This document shows, one piece after another, positions 19,235-29,717 of a DNA stretch of 64,000 nucleotides. The stretch's first letter is position 1. Each line of letters opens with the position of its first letter. The stretch is from an uncultured delta proteobacterium (lineage in GTDB: Bacteria > Myxococcota_A > Polyangia > Polyangiales > Houyiibacteriaceae): positions 64,001-128,000 of the forward strand of contig CAVOVB010000010.1 of assembly GCA_963699755.1 (NCBI GenBank), written 5' to 3'. The notes under the pieces are model-generated. The model was given only the letters and a program-made list of their open reading frames with translations, had not been told where the DNA came from and made no database searches. Position numbers and translations under genes: made by a program.

Positions 19235-19864
19235 ATGGACCTGGGGAAAGAGCGGGCCAGCATGGTCGAGCACCAGCTCCGGCGTCGTGGCATCGCGGAC
19301 AGCCGAGTCTTGACCGCGATGGGCGAGGTGCCGCGCGAGGCCTTCGTCCCCGAGGAGCAAAAACGGAACGCCTACGTCGATGGCGCTCTCCCTCTTTCCC
19401 ACGGGCAGACCATCTCTCAGCCACTGATGGTGGCCATGTCGCTCGAGGCCCTTCGGCTGACAGGCGACGAAACCGTGCTCGAGATTGGCGCAGGCTCAGG
19501 CTACCAGGCGGCGGTCCTTTCCAAGCTGGCCAAGAAGGTGTACGCGATCGAGATCATTCCGGACTTGGTCTGCAATGCGCGCCTGGCCCTCGACTCGCTT
19601 AGCATCGACAACGTCGAGATCATTTGTGCGGACGGGCGAAAAGGGTGGCCGGACGGCGCACCCTACGATGGCATCGTCGTCGCGGCGGCTGCCGAAGAGG
19701 TGCCACCCGCATTGATCGAGCAGCTCAAAGATGGCGGCCGGCTCGTGATTCCGGTGGGTGGCAAATGGGGTCAGTCCCTTCAGACCTTGCAGAAGCGCGG
19801 CGACAAGCTCGAATCAGAGGAGCTCTGTCGATGCGTCTTTGTGCCGCTGGTCTATGGCAGCTAG
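19235..19864 (+). CDS. pcm: Protein-L-isoaspartate O-methyltransferase
   Basis: VPREAFVP, GQTISQP, LEIGAGSGYQAA, GWP..APYD.I.V.AA, QL..GGRLVIPVG, FVPL. Confidence 0.95.
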   Translation: MDLGKERASMVEHQLRRRGIADSRVLTAMGEVPREAFVPEEQKRNAYVDGALPLSHGQTISQPLMVAMSLEALRLTGDETVLEIGAGSGYQAAVLSKLAKKVYAIEIIPDLVCNARLALDSLSIDNVEIICADGRKGWPDGAPYDGIVVAAAAEEVPPALIEQLKDGGRLVIPVGGKWGQSLQTLQKRGDKLESEELCRCVFVPLVYGS

Positions 19865-19889
19865 ACTAAGGCCCGCTGAGGAGCACGCA

Positions 19890-20303
19890 ATGAGCATCAT
19901 GGTCTTTCGCTACCTTCACTTCTTGGGAATCACGTTCTGGATCGGGACCGCCGTCGCAGTTGCGATCGCCGCATCCGCCCCGACCCCCTGGGAAAGCGGC
20001 ATTGCGCAGGCGTTGCGCAAGGTGACGCTACGCGTGACGACGCCAGCGATGCTCTTCGCGTTCGCTGGCGGGATCGGAATGCTGGTCCCGAAATTTGCCG
20101 AGGTGTATGTGAAACAAGGTTGGATGCATGCAAAGCTGGTGCTCTTGCTGGCCCTTGCAGGCGCGACGGGCGTGCTCACCGGAAAGCTCAGGCAATGGGG
20201 ACAGGGACAAGAGGCTTCGCCGAAGGTGTTCGGAAAGCTGGCTTGGGCGATCTCGACTCTCGCGGTGCTGATCATCACCCTCGCGATTTTTCGGCCGTTC
20301 TAA
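19890..20303 (+). CDS. Small 4-TM membrane protein, HemJ/CopD-like
   Basis: LHFLG...W in TM1, GWMHAKL motif, C-terminal RPF; SD GAGGAG. Confidence 0.65.
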   Translation: MSIMVFRYLHFLGITFWIGTAVAVAIAASAPTPWESGIAQALRKVTLRVTTPAMLFAFAGGIGMLVPKFAEVYVKQGWMHAKLVLLLALAGATGVLTGKLRQWGQGQEASPKVFGKLAWAISTLAVLIITLAIFRPF

Positions 20304-20417
20304 GAGCGCCCGGGCGCCCGTCCGTCCCGGTTCGACCAGACCTGCGCCAGGCGTCGAGCAAGCTCTTCGCGGTTCAGTTGTTTGGCACCATGCGGCTCAT
20401 CGTGGGGGTAGAGAGCC

Positions 20418-21313
20418 TCAGCCGTAGCGCTCGATCCGCGGCGGGAGCAAGTAGGGATATGGCTTGCGTAAGATGGTGCGATGGAACCAGCGGTCGGCTC
20501 TGCGGGCCGATTGGATGAAGGCATAGGTTTGGGCGTCGCTCTTGTAGTGCGCACGCACCTCCCTTTCGGTAATGCCCGGGGACAGGTCAAAGACCTCGTT
20601 GGCTAGCGGGATCAGCGTCGGGAAGATCTCGCCGAGGCCTTCCTTGATGAGGTTGCCGAGGAAGTCCATCGCTTGCCCACGGGTGGAGTGATAGTTGTCG
20701 AGGATTTCTCGAAGTAGAAAACGATTGACGATGAGGCGCACCGGCCCGGGAAGCGCCTGCGTCACTTCTTTGAACTCGCAGAGATCGTTTCCCTCTTCGT
20801 CTCGGAGAAACGGGGTGCCGACGTCGAGGTAGCGCAAGCGGTCCCCCACGAAGGCCCAGTTCGAAAGTTGCCCATCCGGCGCGAGGAAAGGGCTGACCGA
20901 AGCCTTGATTCGCTCGAAGATCTGCCGAACATACGGCATGGCCTCTTCCGCGGTCTTGTTGTGCAAGAAGTCCGGTCCAAGGGTTCCCAAAGGCAGCAGC
21001 GGTTGAACACAGTAGAGCACCTCGCCTGTGGAGCTTTCCAAAACCGGTGTGTCGGTCTCGACGACGTCGATGCCGAAGGTACCGAGCTGATCGATGTACG
21101 TTTCGATGAGGCTTGCCCATCGTTCGGCCACTGCTTGCGATGAAAGCGGCGCCAGTCGCTTGCAGACGAAATCCCCGTGGAGCGTCGAGAGCTTCACGGC
21201 AATCGTGATCTCACCATAGCCGATGATCTCGAGGTCTTGTGTGTGCTCCGTTCGCACTGCTTGGTCGAGCTGCGCCTCGAGTGCCTCAATCTCCGAGCGA
21301 GCCACGAGCGTCA

Positions 21314-21314
<1 letters not shown>
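20418..21314 (-). CDS. DUF6206-like protein with protein-kinase-like motifs
   Basis: IIGYGEIT (Gly loop), VCKR, DGQLSNW (catalytic-loop-like), YLDVGTP. 1-nt stop/start overlap with the aminotransferase. Confidence 0.7.
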
Positions 21315-22543
<1,229 letters not shown>

Positions 22544-22696
22544 CGCTGGGATTCTACCTGAGCATTCTCTTGCGTGCGGCCACGGCGAAATCCGAACCGC
22601 GCAACCGTTGCGTGCGCAGATCTTCGGGGCGCAGTTTCTGCGCCCGAGATTCCGAAATTCGTCCGCTTCGCTTGGCAAATGGCAGACTGAAGAGAA

Positions 22697-22712
22697 CGGC
22701 ACCGGTCTTGCA
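22697..22712 (+). promoter_or_regulatory. Sigma54 (-24/-12) promoter
   Basis: CGGCACCGGTCTTGCA = GG-N10-GC, matching TGGCAC-N5-TTGCW. Upstream palindromes at 22600-22612 and 22627-22645. Confidence 0.7.
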
Positions 22713-22751
22713 TCGGCTGCTCGCGCGACCCTAAGCCCCAAGAGAGGTTCC

Positions 22752-23957
22752 GTGAACGGAATTCAGTATGCGCACGGTAATGCGTTTCCAAGTGCCGCCA
22801 GCGGGGTATCGAGCACCCACTGGATCGATGGGCTGTGCGCTGACTTTTCCGGCCACTCGTTTCTGAGAAAGAGCAGCGACGAATGCCCGATGATTGGGAA
22901 ATTCGCCTACGCGCTCGACCGGCTGGCGGCGACCGCGATGTCGGTACCGTTCAAGCGCAAGATCCATCCGCATCTCTCCGACACGACGCTGCAAGAGTAC
23001 ATCGACTACCACGCGTTCTACTCTCAGCAGCGTTTCCTCGACGACCCCGACTCCGCGTTTGAACTGCCACCGAGGGACCACTCGGTGGTCGAGCGCGCCA
23101 CGCGACGACGCTCCTGGGATCCGAAGAGCGCGACGCTGACGAGCATCGACTTCTACAGCCCATTCGAGACCCTCGACGCTCGGTTTCGCGACGAGTACGC
23201 GGCGCTCGAGCCAAACGATCGGGTCGAGTCGCGCGGCTGGTTCCACAAGACGGGACCTCGGCCGGTTGTGATCTTCCTGCACGGTTTCTCGGCTCCGGAC
23301 TACCGAATCAACAAGATGTGGTTCTCGGCCCAGAGATTCTACGACGCCGGGCTCGATGTGGTGTTCATGAACCTGCCGCTCCACGGCGGCCGGGTGCCCA
23401 AGTCGGCGGCATATCACGGCACCGCGATCATTCAGCCATCGCTCTGGCGGTTGAGCGAAGCCTGCGCACAGGGGGTGATGGATCTGCGCATCCTAATCGA
23501 TCATCTAGTCAAGCGAGGCGCGCCGAAGGTCGGCGTCATGGGCTACAGCTGGGGGGGCTTCCACGCGTCGATGATGGCTTGCCTCGAACCGCAAACCGAT
23601 TTCATCGTGAGCATTGCGCCGGTCGTGAGCATCGCCGACCTGGTCATGAGCTGGCCCATGCGTACCTTCTTCGAGGAGGCGCTCGACGAGCCCGCCATGA
23701 TGATCCGCGAGCTGCGAAAGATCCTGGCCCCCTTCACCCCGCTGTCGCACAGCTTGGAAATTCCCAAGGAGCGGGTGCTTCTGGTGGCCAGCGCCAACGA
23801 CGGGATCATCCCGGCAGTGCACACCGAAGCGCTTTGGGAGCACTTCGGGCGGCCCGCGGTATACTGGAGTTGCGGTGGGCACATTCTTTACTTCGACAAG
23901 GGACGCGTGACCGATCGATCCTTGCGGTTCCTCCGGGACATCGACGTCATCGCCTGA
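22752..23957 (+). CDS. Alpha/beta hydrolase (ABHD18/abhydrolase-like)
   Basis: FLHGF, GYSWGG nucleophile elbow, D (NDGII), H (GGH). GTG 22752 follows AGAGAGG; alternative start ATG 22890. Confidence 0.85.
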   Translation: MNGIQYAHGNAFPSAASGVSSTHWIDGLCADFSGHSFLRKSSDECPMIGKFAYALDRLAATAMSVPFKRKIHPHLSDTTLQEYIDYHAFYSQQRFLDDPDSAFELPPRDHSVVERATRRRSWDPKSATLTSIDFYSPFETLDARFRDEYAALEPNDRVESRGWFHKTGPRPVVIFLHGFSAPDYRINKMWFSAQRFYDAGLDVVFMNLPLHGGRVPKSAAYHGTAIIQPSLWRLSEACAQGVMDLRILIDHLVKRGAPKVGVMGYSWGGFHASMMACLEPQTDFIVSIAPVVSIADLVMSWPMRTFFEEALDEPAMMIRELRKILAPFTPLSHSLEIPKERVLLVASANDGIIPAVHTEALWEHFGRPAVYWSCGGHILYFDKGRVTDRSLRFLRDIDVIA

Positions 23958-23961
23958 GCGC

Positions 23962-25197
23962 ATGCAGGTCCGCGGATACAGTCATCCCGATTTTCGCGCC
24001 CTGCGAGACACCGTGAAATGGTGCACGCCGGCGCGCGGCCCAGGAGGCGTGGCGATTGCCGTCTATCACCGAGGAGAGCTCGTGGCGGACCTCGCATGCG
24101 GGACGCGGGACAGGCGCGGAAATCCATTCGAGCCCGAAACCCTTGCCCTGAGCATGTCCACCGGTAAGGGCGTCATGGCGACGCTGCTTCATCAAATGGT
24201 CGACCGGGGCATACTCGACCTCGAGGCGCCCGTCGCCAAGTACTGGCCCGAGTTCGGTAAGAACGGCAAGGGCTCCATCACGCTGCGGCAAGCCGCTTCA
24301 CACCGTGCCGGGCTCTACTCGATCGCTCGCATCATCGACTCATCCGAGGAGATGTTCGACTGGGATCACATGGTTCGGGTCATCGAAGACATGTGGCCGG
24401 TCCACAGGCCAGACACCGACTTCGGCTACCACGCATGGACCGGCGGCTGGATCATCGGCGAAGTTCTTCAGCGCGCGACCGGCAAGCGCTTCCCTGAGCT
24501 GATCAAAGAGAACCTCGCCGATCCGCTGGGGCTCGACGGCCTCTACATGGGGCTGCCCGAGAGCGAGCTTCCCCGGGTTGCCGAGTTCCTGATCCCAAAG
24601 CTTCCGAGAAAGGTTCTTCGAGGGCGGCCTCGCGGTCTTCGCGCGCAGGTGCGCCGAACCGCATCGAGCACCGCACGTTGGCATTCTTCGCTTGGGCAAT
24701 TCGTCGACGCGATGATTCCGCCGGGCCTCGGCGATCTGCTCGGGGATCCTCGCTGGCTGACCTCGGTCATCCCCTCGGGCAACGGTGTGTTCAACGCCCG
24801 CTCCTTGGCGCGGCTCTATGGGGCGCTGAGCCGCGGGGGCGCGCTCAATGGCGTCCGGCTGCTTTCGGCGTCGGCCCTCGCCGCGGCCACCGAGGATCAG
24901 AACCCGCACATCGGGCGAGTGATCCCCTTCCCCCTGCGCTTCAAGGTTGGCTACATGCGGCCGGTCTCGCTCGGCCTTCGCCTTTCGCTCGCGAAGCGTC
25001 AATTCGACCTTGGTCTCCCGAACCCACACGCATTCGGTCACTTCGGTTTCGGCGGCTCGGGCGGCTGGGCGGACCCGGAACGCGAGCTTGGCGTCGCGAT
25101 CGTCACCAATTGCTTCGGCGGAACTATCCCAGGCGACCTGCGACCCGTCGCGGTGGCAACGGCCACGGCACGCTGTGCAGAGCGGCGCGCAAGCTGA
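23962..25197 (+). CDS. Serine hydrolase, beta-lactamase/EstB family
   Basis: SMSTGK (SxxK), FGYH, FGHFGFGGS.GWADP. Confidence 0.9.
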   Translation: MQVRGYSHPDFRALRDTVKWCTPARGPGGVAIAVYHRGELVADLACGTRDRRGNPFEPETLALSMSTGKGVMATLLHQMVDRGILDLEAPVAKYWPEFGKNGKGSITLRQAASHRAGLYSIARIIDSSEEMFDWDHMVRVIEDMWPVHRPDTDFGYHAWTGGWIIGEVLQRATGKRFPELIKENLADPLGLDGLYMGLPESELPRVAEFLIPKLPRKVLRGRPRGLRAQVRRTASSTARWHSSLGQFVDAMIPPGLGDLLGDPRWLTSVIPSGNGVFNARSLARLYGALSRGGALNGVRLLSASALAAATEDQNPHIGRVIPFPLRFKVGYMRPVSLGLRLSLAKRQFDLGLPNPHAFGHFGFGGSGGWADPERELGVAIVTNCFGGTIPGDLRPVAVATATARCAERRAS

Positions 25198-25241
25198 GTT
25201 CGCCGTTGCACCAACTCGCAGCCTGACGTACCAAGCGCTGG

Positions 25242-25997
25242 ATGCCGTTGCTCGCGCTGCTCTTCCTGGTGACCGCGGTGCTATACGCATCGGTCGGCTT
25301 TGGCGGCGGCTCCACCTACAACGCACTCCTGGTTCTGGCGGACACCGACTACCGCATCCTTCCGTCTGTCTCGCTGGCTTGCAATCTGATCGTGGTTTCG
25401 AGTGGCGTCTGGCTGTACCAGCGTTCCGGTGACCTGAAGCTCGACTTCGCGCTTCCATTCGTGGCGCTCTCGATTCCGATGGCTTGGTTCGGTGGAAGCA
25501 TGCCGGTTCAGCGAGAGACCTTCGTCATGCTGCTTGGCTTCTCGTTGCTCGCAGCCGGAGTAGCTACGTGGTTTCAAGCGCCGGATACAAAGGCCTCTCG
25601 GTCCGCCGCAGGCTGGCGAACCTGGTTGTTGGGCTTGCCACTCGGCGGCGCGGTTGGTCTCCTCTCCGGCATGGTTGGAATTGGAGGCGGGATCTTCCTC
25701 TCACCCGCGCTGCATTTGCTTCGTCTCGGCGATCCCAAGCGCGTCGCCGCCACCTCGAGCTTCTTCATCATGGTCAACTCGATGGCGGGACTTGCCGGAC
25801 AAGTTACGAAGCATGGCACGGCCGCCTATCTCGGGGAGCTCCTCGACTATCTCTGGCTGGGCGTCGCGGTCTTCGTCGGTGGTCAGATCGGAAGCCGCTT
25901 CAGCACTCGCGCCCTCTCTGGCCGCGTGGTGAAACGACTCACCTCAGTGCTCGTCCTGTACGTCGCTGGACGTCTGCTTTACATGAGCTTCGCCTGA
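25242..25997 (+). CDS. TauE/SafE (TSUP) family anion exporter
   Basis: YASVGFGGGSTY, SGMVGIGGGIFLSP; multiple TM helices. Confidence 0.9.
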   Translation: MPLLALLFLVTAVLYASVGFGGGSTYNALLVLADTDYRILPSVSLACNLIVVSSGVWLYQRSGDLKLDFALPFVALSIPMAWFGGSMPVQRETFVMLLGFSLLAAGVATWFQAPDTKASRSAAGWRTWLLGLPLGGAVGLLSGMVGIGGGIFLSPALHLLRLGDPKRVAATSSFFIMVNSMAGLAGQVTKHGTAAYLGELLDYLWLGVAVFVGGQIGSRFSTRALSGRVVKRLTSVLVLYVAGRLLYMSFA

Positions 25998-26004
25998 GAA
26001 ACGA

Positions 26005-27492
26005 TCAGCGACGGCGCGGCCAAGGCTTCGCCTCCTCGAGCTGAGCGGCGAGCCTCAACATTCGCGCCTCGTCTCCGAACGGCCCCAGGAACTGAACGCC
26101 CACGGGCAAGCCGTCCGCGGTTTGATGGAGGGGAACCGACATGGCCGGCACACCCGTCAGGTTGGCGACCATCGTCCGGTGGAGGGCCTGCCGTGCGAAC
26201 GCGTCCATCTGAGCATTCATGACCTGCTCCCGGAGCACCCGGACCCCAAAGAGCGCGGAGGCCGCTGGCGAGACCAAGAAGTGAAGCAGGCGCTGCTCCC
26301 CCGCCGTCGGCGCCGCCTCAGCGAGGGGCACCGGCACACGCCCCAGCGTCGGGAGGAGGAGCAGGTCGTAGTTCGTGAAGAACTGCGCCAGGGCCAGACC
26401 GACCCTCCGACCCGCCAGCCGGGACGCTCCAACCTGCTCGGCCGGCAGCGCCCGACCGACGGCAGCGAGGAGGAGCGGGACGTCCTCGAGGGAGCGGCGG
26501 ACCCTCGCCCGACCATATCTTCCCTCCAAATCAGAGACCACCGCGGCCGTGTTGGTCGCTCCGAGAATAATCGACGCTCGGAGCACCTCCCGCTCGTCGA
26601 AGGGAAGCTGGACTTCTTCGACGATGTGCCCCAAGTCCTGCAAGAGACGGCCTGTCACGCGAACCGCATCGACGCAGGGGCTCTCCATCGGAATGCCGAA
26701 GACCTGGGCCTCTGTCGACATACCGACACGCAATTGTCCCAGTTCGGCGTCAAGAGCAGCCAAGAATCCGACCGGACCCGGCGCGGCGTAGGGCGAGCCG
26801 AGCTCGGGACCTGCTGTGGCGTCCAGCATGGCGGCCGAGTCCCGGACCGTTCGGCTCACGATGTGGGAGGTCGACTGACCTTCGTACTCCCAGCTGAATT
26901 CAGGCCCGATGGGATTGCGCCCGCGGCTCGGCTTGAGGCCGAAGATCCCGCACGCCGAGGCTGGCATCCGAATCGAGCCTCCCTCGTCGGTCGCCGAGGC
27001 CATGGGCACGATGCCGGCCGCCACCGCGGCTGCCGAGCCCCCACTCGAGCCGCCAGCCGAGCGGCTCAGGTCCCAGGGGTTGTGGGTCGGTCCCCAGGCC
27101 TTGGGCATGGTGAAGACCGAGAGCTTGTACTCCGGGGTGTTGGTCTTGCCGAAGACCACGACCCCGGCAGCGAGGAAACGCCGGACGATCTCCGCGGTGT
27201 GCTGGGAGATCTCGCCTTGGTGGAGGCGGCTCCCGTTGCTCATTGGGGTGCCAGTCAGCGCATGGTGAGCGTCCTTCAGCAGGAACGGCACTGCGGCAAA
27301 CGGACCCGAAAGCTCCTGCCGCGCTCGCTTGCGCCCATAGTCGTAGAGCGGCGTGACGATTGCATTGAGCTCCGGGTTGAGCGCTTCGGCGAGCCCTATG
27401 GCCGCCTCGAGGACTTCGATCGGCTGAACCTCGCCCTTCGCGACGAGCGCCCCGAGACCCAGTCCGTCATAGTCGGCGTACTCGTCGAACAC
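26005..27492 (-). CDS. Amidase signature family enzyme
   Basis: PFLLKD, GKTNTPE, GGSSGGSAAAVA, DEGGSIR.PAS.CG..GLKPSRGR. Confidence 0.93.
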   Translation of the reverse strand: MFDEYADYDGLGLGALVAKGEVQPIEVLEAAIGLAEALNPELNAIVTPLYDYGRKRARQELSGPFAAVPFLLKDAHHALTGTPMSNGSRLHQGEISQHTAEIVRRFLAAGVVVFGKTNTPEYKLSVFTMPKAWGPTHNPWDLSRSAGGSSGGSAAAVAAGIVPMASATDEGGSIRMPASACGIFGLKPSRGRNPIGPEFSWEYEGQSTSHIVSRTVRDSAAMLDATAGPELGSPYAAPGPVGFLAALDAELGQLRVGMSTEAQVFGIPMESPCVDAVRVTGRLLQDLGHIVEEVQLPFDEREVLRASIILGATNTAAVVSDLEGRYGRARVRRSLEDVPLLLAAVGRALPAEQVGASRLAGRRVGLALAQFFTNYDLLLLPTLGRVPVPLAEAAPTAGEQRLLHFLVSPAASALFGVRVLREQVMNAQMDAFARQALHRTMVANLTGVPAMSVPLHQTADGLPVGVQFLGPFGDEARMLRLAAQLEEAKPWPRRR

Positions 27493-27493
27493 T

Positions 27494-28270
27494 TCAGGCT
27501 TCCTTGCTTGGACGCCGCGCGCGCGCGCGCGAGTTCAGGATTGCGATGATCGATCCAATACTGACGACGGCGATCACGTATGCGCCACCACGATTGAAGA
27601 TATCGGCGTGCAGTTCGTAGAGCCCGAGACTCGCTCCAATGCCGACGCCGAAGCCGAACCATGGTTGCTCGCGCCAGTTGAGCTTTTGCCGTTTGGTGAT
27701 GACCGCAACGAATGGCCAGAATGAAGTCGACGCGACATAGGCGCGGTAGGGCTCTCCGAGCTCGGCGATCAGGCGGCGATCCTGGTGCAAACCACCGACG
27801 AAGGAGAGCACGACGATGCCGATGAAGAACACGAAGGTCACCCTGGACGGCGCGAGGAAGGAATGGGCGGCCGCCCAGATTGCAATGCCCGAGAAGAACG
27901 GGTGACGTGTGATCTGCTGAACGCCGCGCGCGGGCATGACGCGATGTTGGAAGGTGGCCATCGGAAGCCGGGGGTAGACCAGCACTGCCGTGACGAAGAG
28001 CGAAAAGCCGAATACCGAAAGCACGATTAGCGCACCGCGCACTGGAGGGATCGTCACCAAAAGTGATGCCTGCGGCTCGACAAACCGATGCAGCGCTACG
28101 TAGTGGACGAGCACAGCGAACGTCGCGATGGCGACCAGCGAATAGAGGAAGATGAAACCCGACTCGCCCAGGCGAGCAACCAGTCGTCTTCGAATCGGCT
28201 GACTCGAAAGGACGACGTGGCTGCCGCCGAACGCGAGCCACAATAGCGCGGTAACCCATCCTTCTTGCAT
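27494..28270 (-). CDS. NnrU family membrane protein
   Basis: F...H..LS, ITRHPF, H.D.R......GE.Y..Y...TS.WPF. Confidence 0.8.
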   Translation of the reverse strand: MQEGWVTALLWLAFGGSHVVLSSQPIRRRLVARLGESGFIFLYSLVAIATFAVLVHYVALHRFVEPQASLLVTIPPVRGALIVLSVFGFSLFVTAVLVYPRLPMATFQHRVMPARGVQQITRHPFFSGIAIWAAAHSFLAPSRVTFVFFIGIVVLSFVGGLHQDRRLIAELGEPYRAYVASTSFWPFVAVITKRQKLNWREQPWFGFGVGIGASLGLYELHADIFNRGGAYVIAVVSIGSIIAILNSRARARRPSKEA

Positions 28271-28282
28271 CGGCTCGGCCCC

Positions 28283-29230
28283 TCAAACGACCGCTGCGCG
28301 CAAAACCTGAGCGTAGTTGTCGGCGACACACCCCTCTTCGAGCAACCCGCGCTCCCGCAACATCGCGTGGAACTCTGGAAGATTGTAGTGCGGCACGGTC
28401 ATCAGCAGATGGTGTTCCAAGTGGTACTGAACGCCGTTCGGCGCGATGAAGAGCCTTTCCAGGAAGCCGGCAAGCACCGTTCGCGTTTGGCCGATTGGAT
28501 CGCTCGGGTTGGGCACCACCGCGTGCTCCGCGATCGAGCGGATTCGCGCAACGAATTTGTTCGTGGTCATCCAAGCACCAAACCAGAGGATGTACAGCAT
28601 CGGATGGCCGAGCGCCCACAGGACCCCGAAGAGGATCAGATTGGTGAGTAAGGTTCCGAAAGACATACGAATGGCCCGCCCGCGTTCGAGGCGCATCGGA
28701 AGCGTGCCCGCGTCGACCGACTCGCCGCGGACGACCTTGACGACGAGATAAGTCGTGCCTACGAGTTGCTTCAAGCCGGTGATGCCAGACAGGTCGCGCA
28801 GGATTTTGCGCGCCATGCTGGCTTTCGAAACCGGGAACGCTTTCGCCAACGGAAGGTCTGGATCGGCGTCCGTCCAAGTCTTGGCGTGATGCTCGAGATG
28901 ATGCGCCCGGTACATGTCCGCGCTCAAATAGACGGGGTATCCGGCGAGCCAATTTCCGACGAAGTCGTTGAACTTGCGATTCTCGAAGAGGGTGTAGTGC
29001 GAGCTCTCGTGCATCACGACGGCAAACCCGAGCTGCCGCGCCCCGATGATGAAGAGCGCCAGGACGACTGTGAACACGTTGGGCAAATAGGCGACCAAGG
29101 CCATCGACGCGGCAATCAGCCCATAGTTCACGAGGAGCGTGAGCCACGCCCGGTGCGTGCGAATGAGGCGAAGATCCCGAATTTCCTCGGTGCTGAACGC
29201 TTCCCGCCAGGCTTTGCTGCGTCTTCCCAC
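28283..29230 (-). CDS. Membrane fatty acid desaturase family protein
   Basis: His boxes HESSH, HHLEHH, AEH, YHLEHH. Confidence 0.88.
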   Translation of the reverse strand: MGRRSKAWREAFSTEEIRDLRLIRTHRAWLTLLVNYGLIAASMALVAYLPNVFTVVLALFIIGARQLGFAVVMHESSHYTLFENRKFNDFVGNWLAGYPVYLSADMYRAHHLEHHAKTWTDADPDLPLAKAFPVSKASMARKILRDLSGITGLKQLVGTTYLVVKVVRGESVDAGTLPMRLERGRAIRMSFGTLLTNLILFGVLWALGHPMLYILWFGAWMTTNKFVARIRSIAEHAVVPNPSDPIGQTRTVLAGFLERLFIAPNGVQYHLEHHLLMTVPHYNLPEFHAMLRERGLLEEGCVADNYAQVLRAAVV

Positions 29231-29233
29231 AAC

Positions 29234-29665
29234 TCAACCGCGAAGGATGTACTGCTCGAGCTGCTCGATGGTCATGTCCTGCTCGGCGACGATGCTGCGC
29301 ACGAGGTCACCAATCGACAAGATGCCGAGCAGCTCGTCGTCCTCCATCACGAGCAGGTGCCTCGTTCGCTTCCCGGTCATGATTGCCATGCACTCCCTCG
29401 TCGTCTCATCGCGCCCAACGGATAGGACCTCATCTGCCATGACCTCGCGGACGGAAGTCGTCGGCGAAGCCTTCCCGCGGAGAAACACGTTGCGTGCGTA
29501 GTCTCGCTCGGTGATGAGACCAATGACGTGTCCATCCTCGATCACCACCAGAGCGCCGATGTCGAGGTCGGCCATGCGCTTGATGGCATCGTAAACGGTG
29601 TCGTCGGGAGCGACGGCTTGGACGTCGTGCCCCTTCTGCTCCAACAGCTGCTTTACGGTGGTCAT
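29234..29665 (-). CDS. CBS domain-pair protein
   Basis: IGALVV...GLITERDY, RHL.V.....GILSIGDLV. Confidence 0.92.
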   Translation of the reverse strand: MTTVKQLLEQKGHDVQAVAPDDTVYDAIKRMADLDIGALVVIEDGHVIGLITERDYARNVFLRGKASPTTSVREVMADEVLSVGRDETTRECMAIMTGKRTRHLLVMEDDELLGILSIGDLVRSIVAEQDMTIEQLEQYILRG

Positions 29666-29717
29666 GGGCCGGAGACTACCACAACAGAGGCGGTCCCGGA
29701 GGCTTCCAGATTGGCGC

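Noticed and set aside
22724..22889. Possible sRNA or long leader after the sigma54 promoter
   Set aside because: The region is open and in frame with the hydrolase from GTG 22752 with an SD, so it is more simply coding.
27516..27531. (CG)n dinucleotide run
   Set aside because: Lies within the NnrU C-terminus encoding RARAR; short, with no evidence of phase variation.
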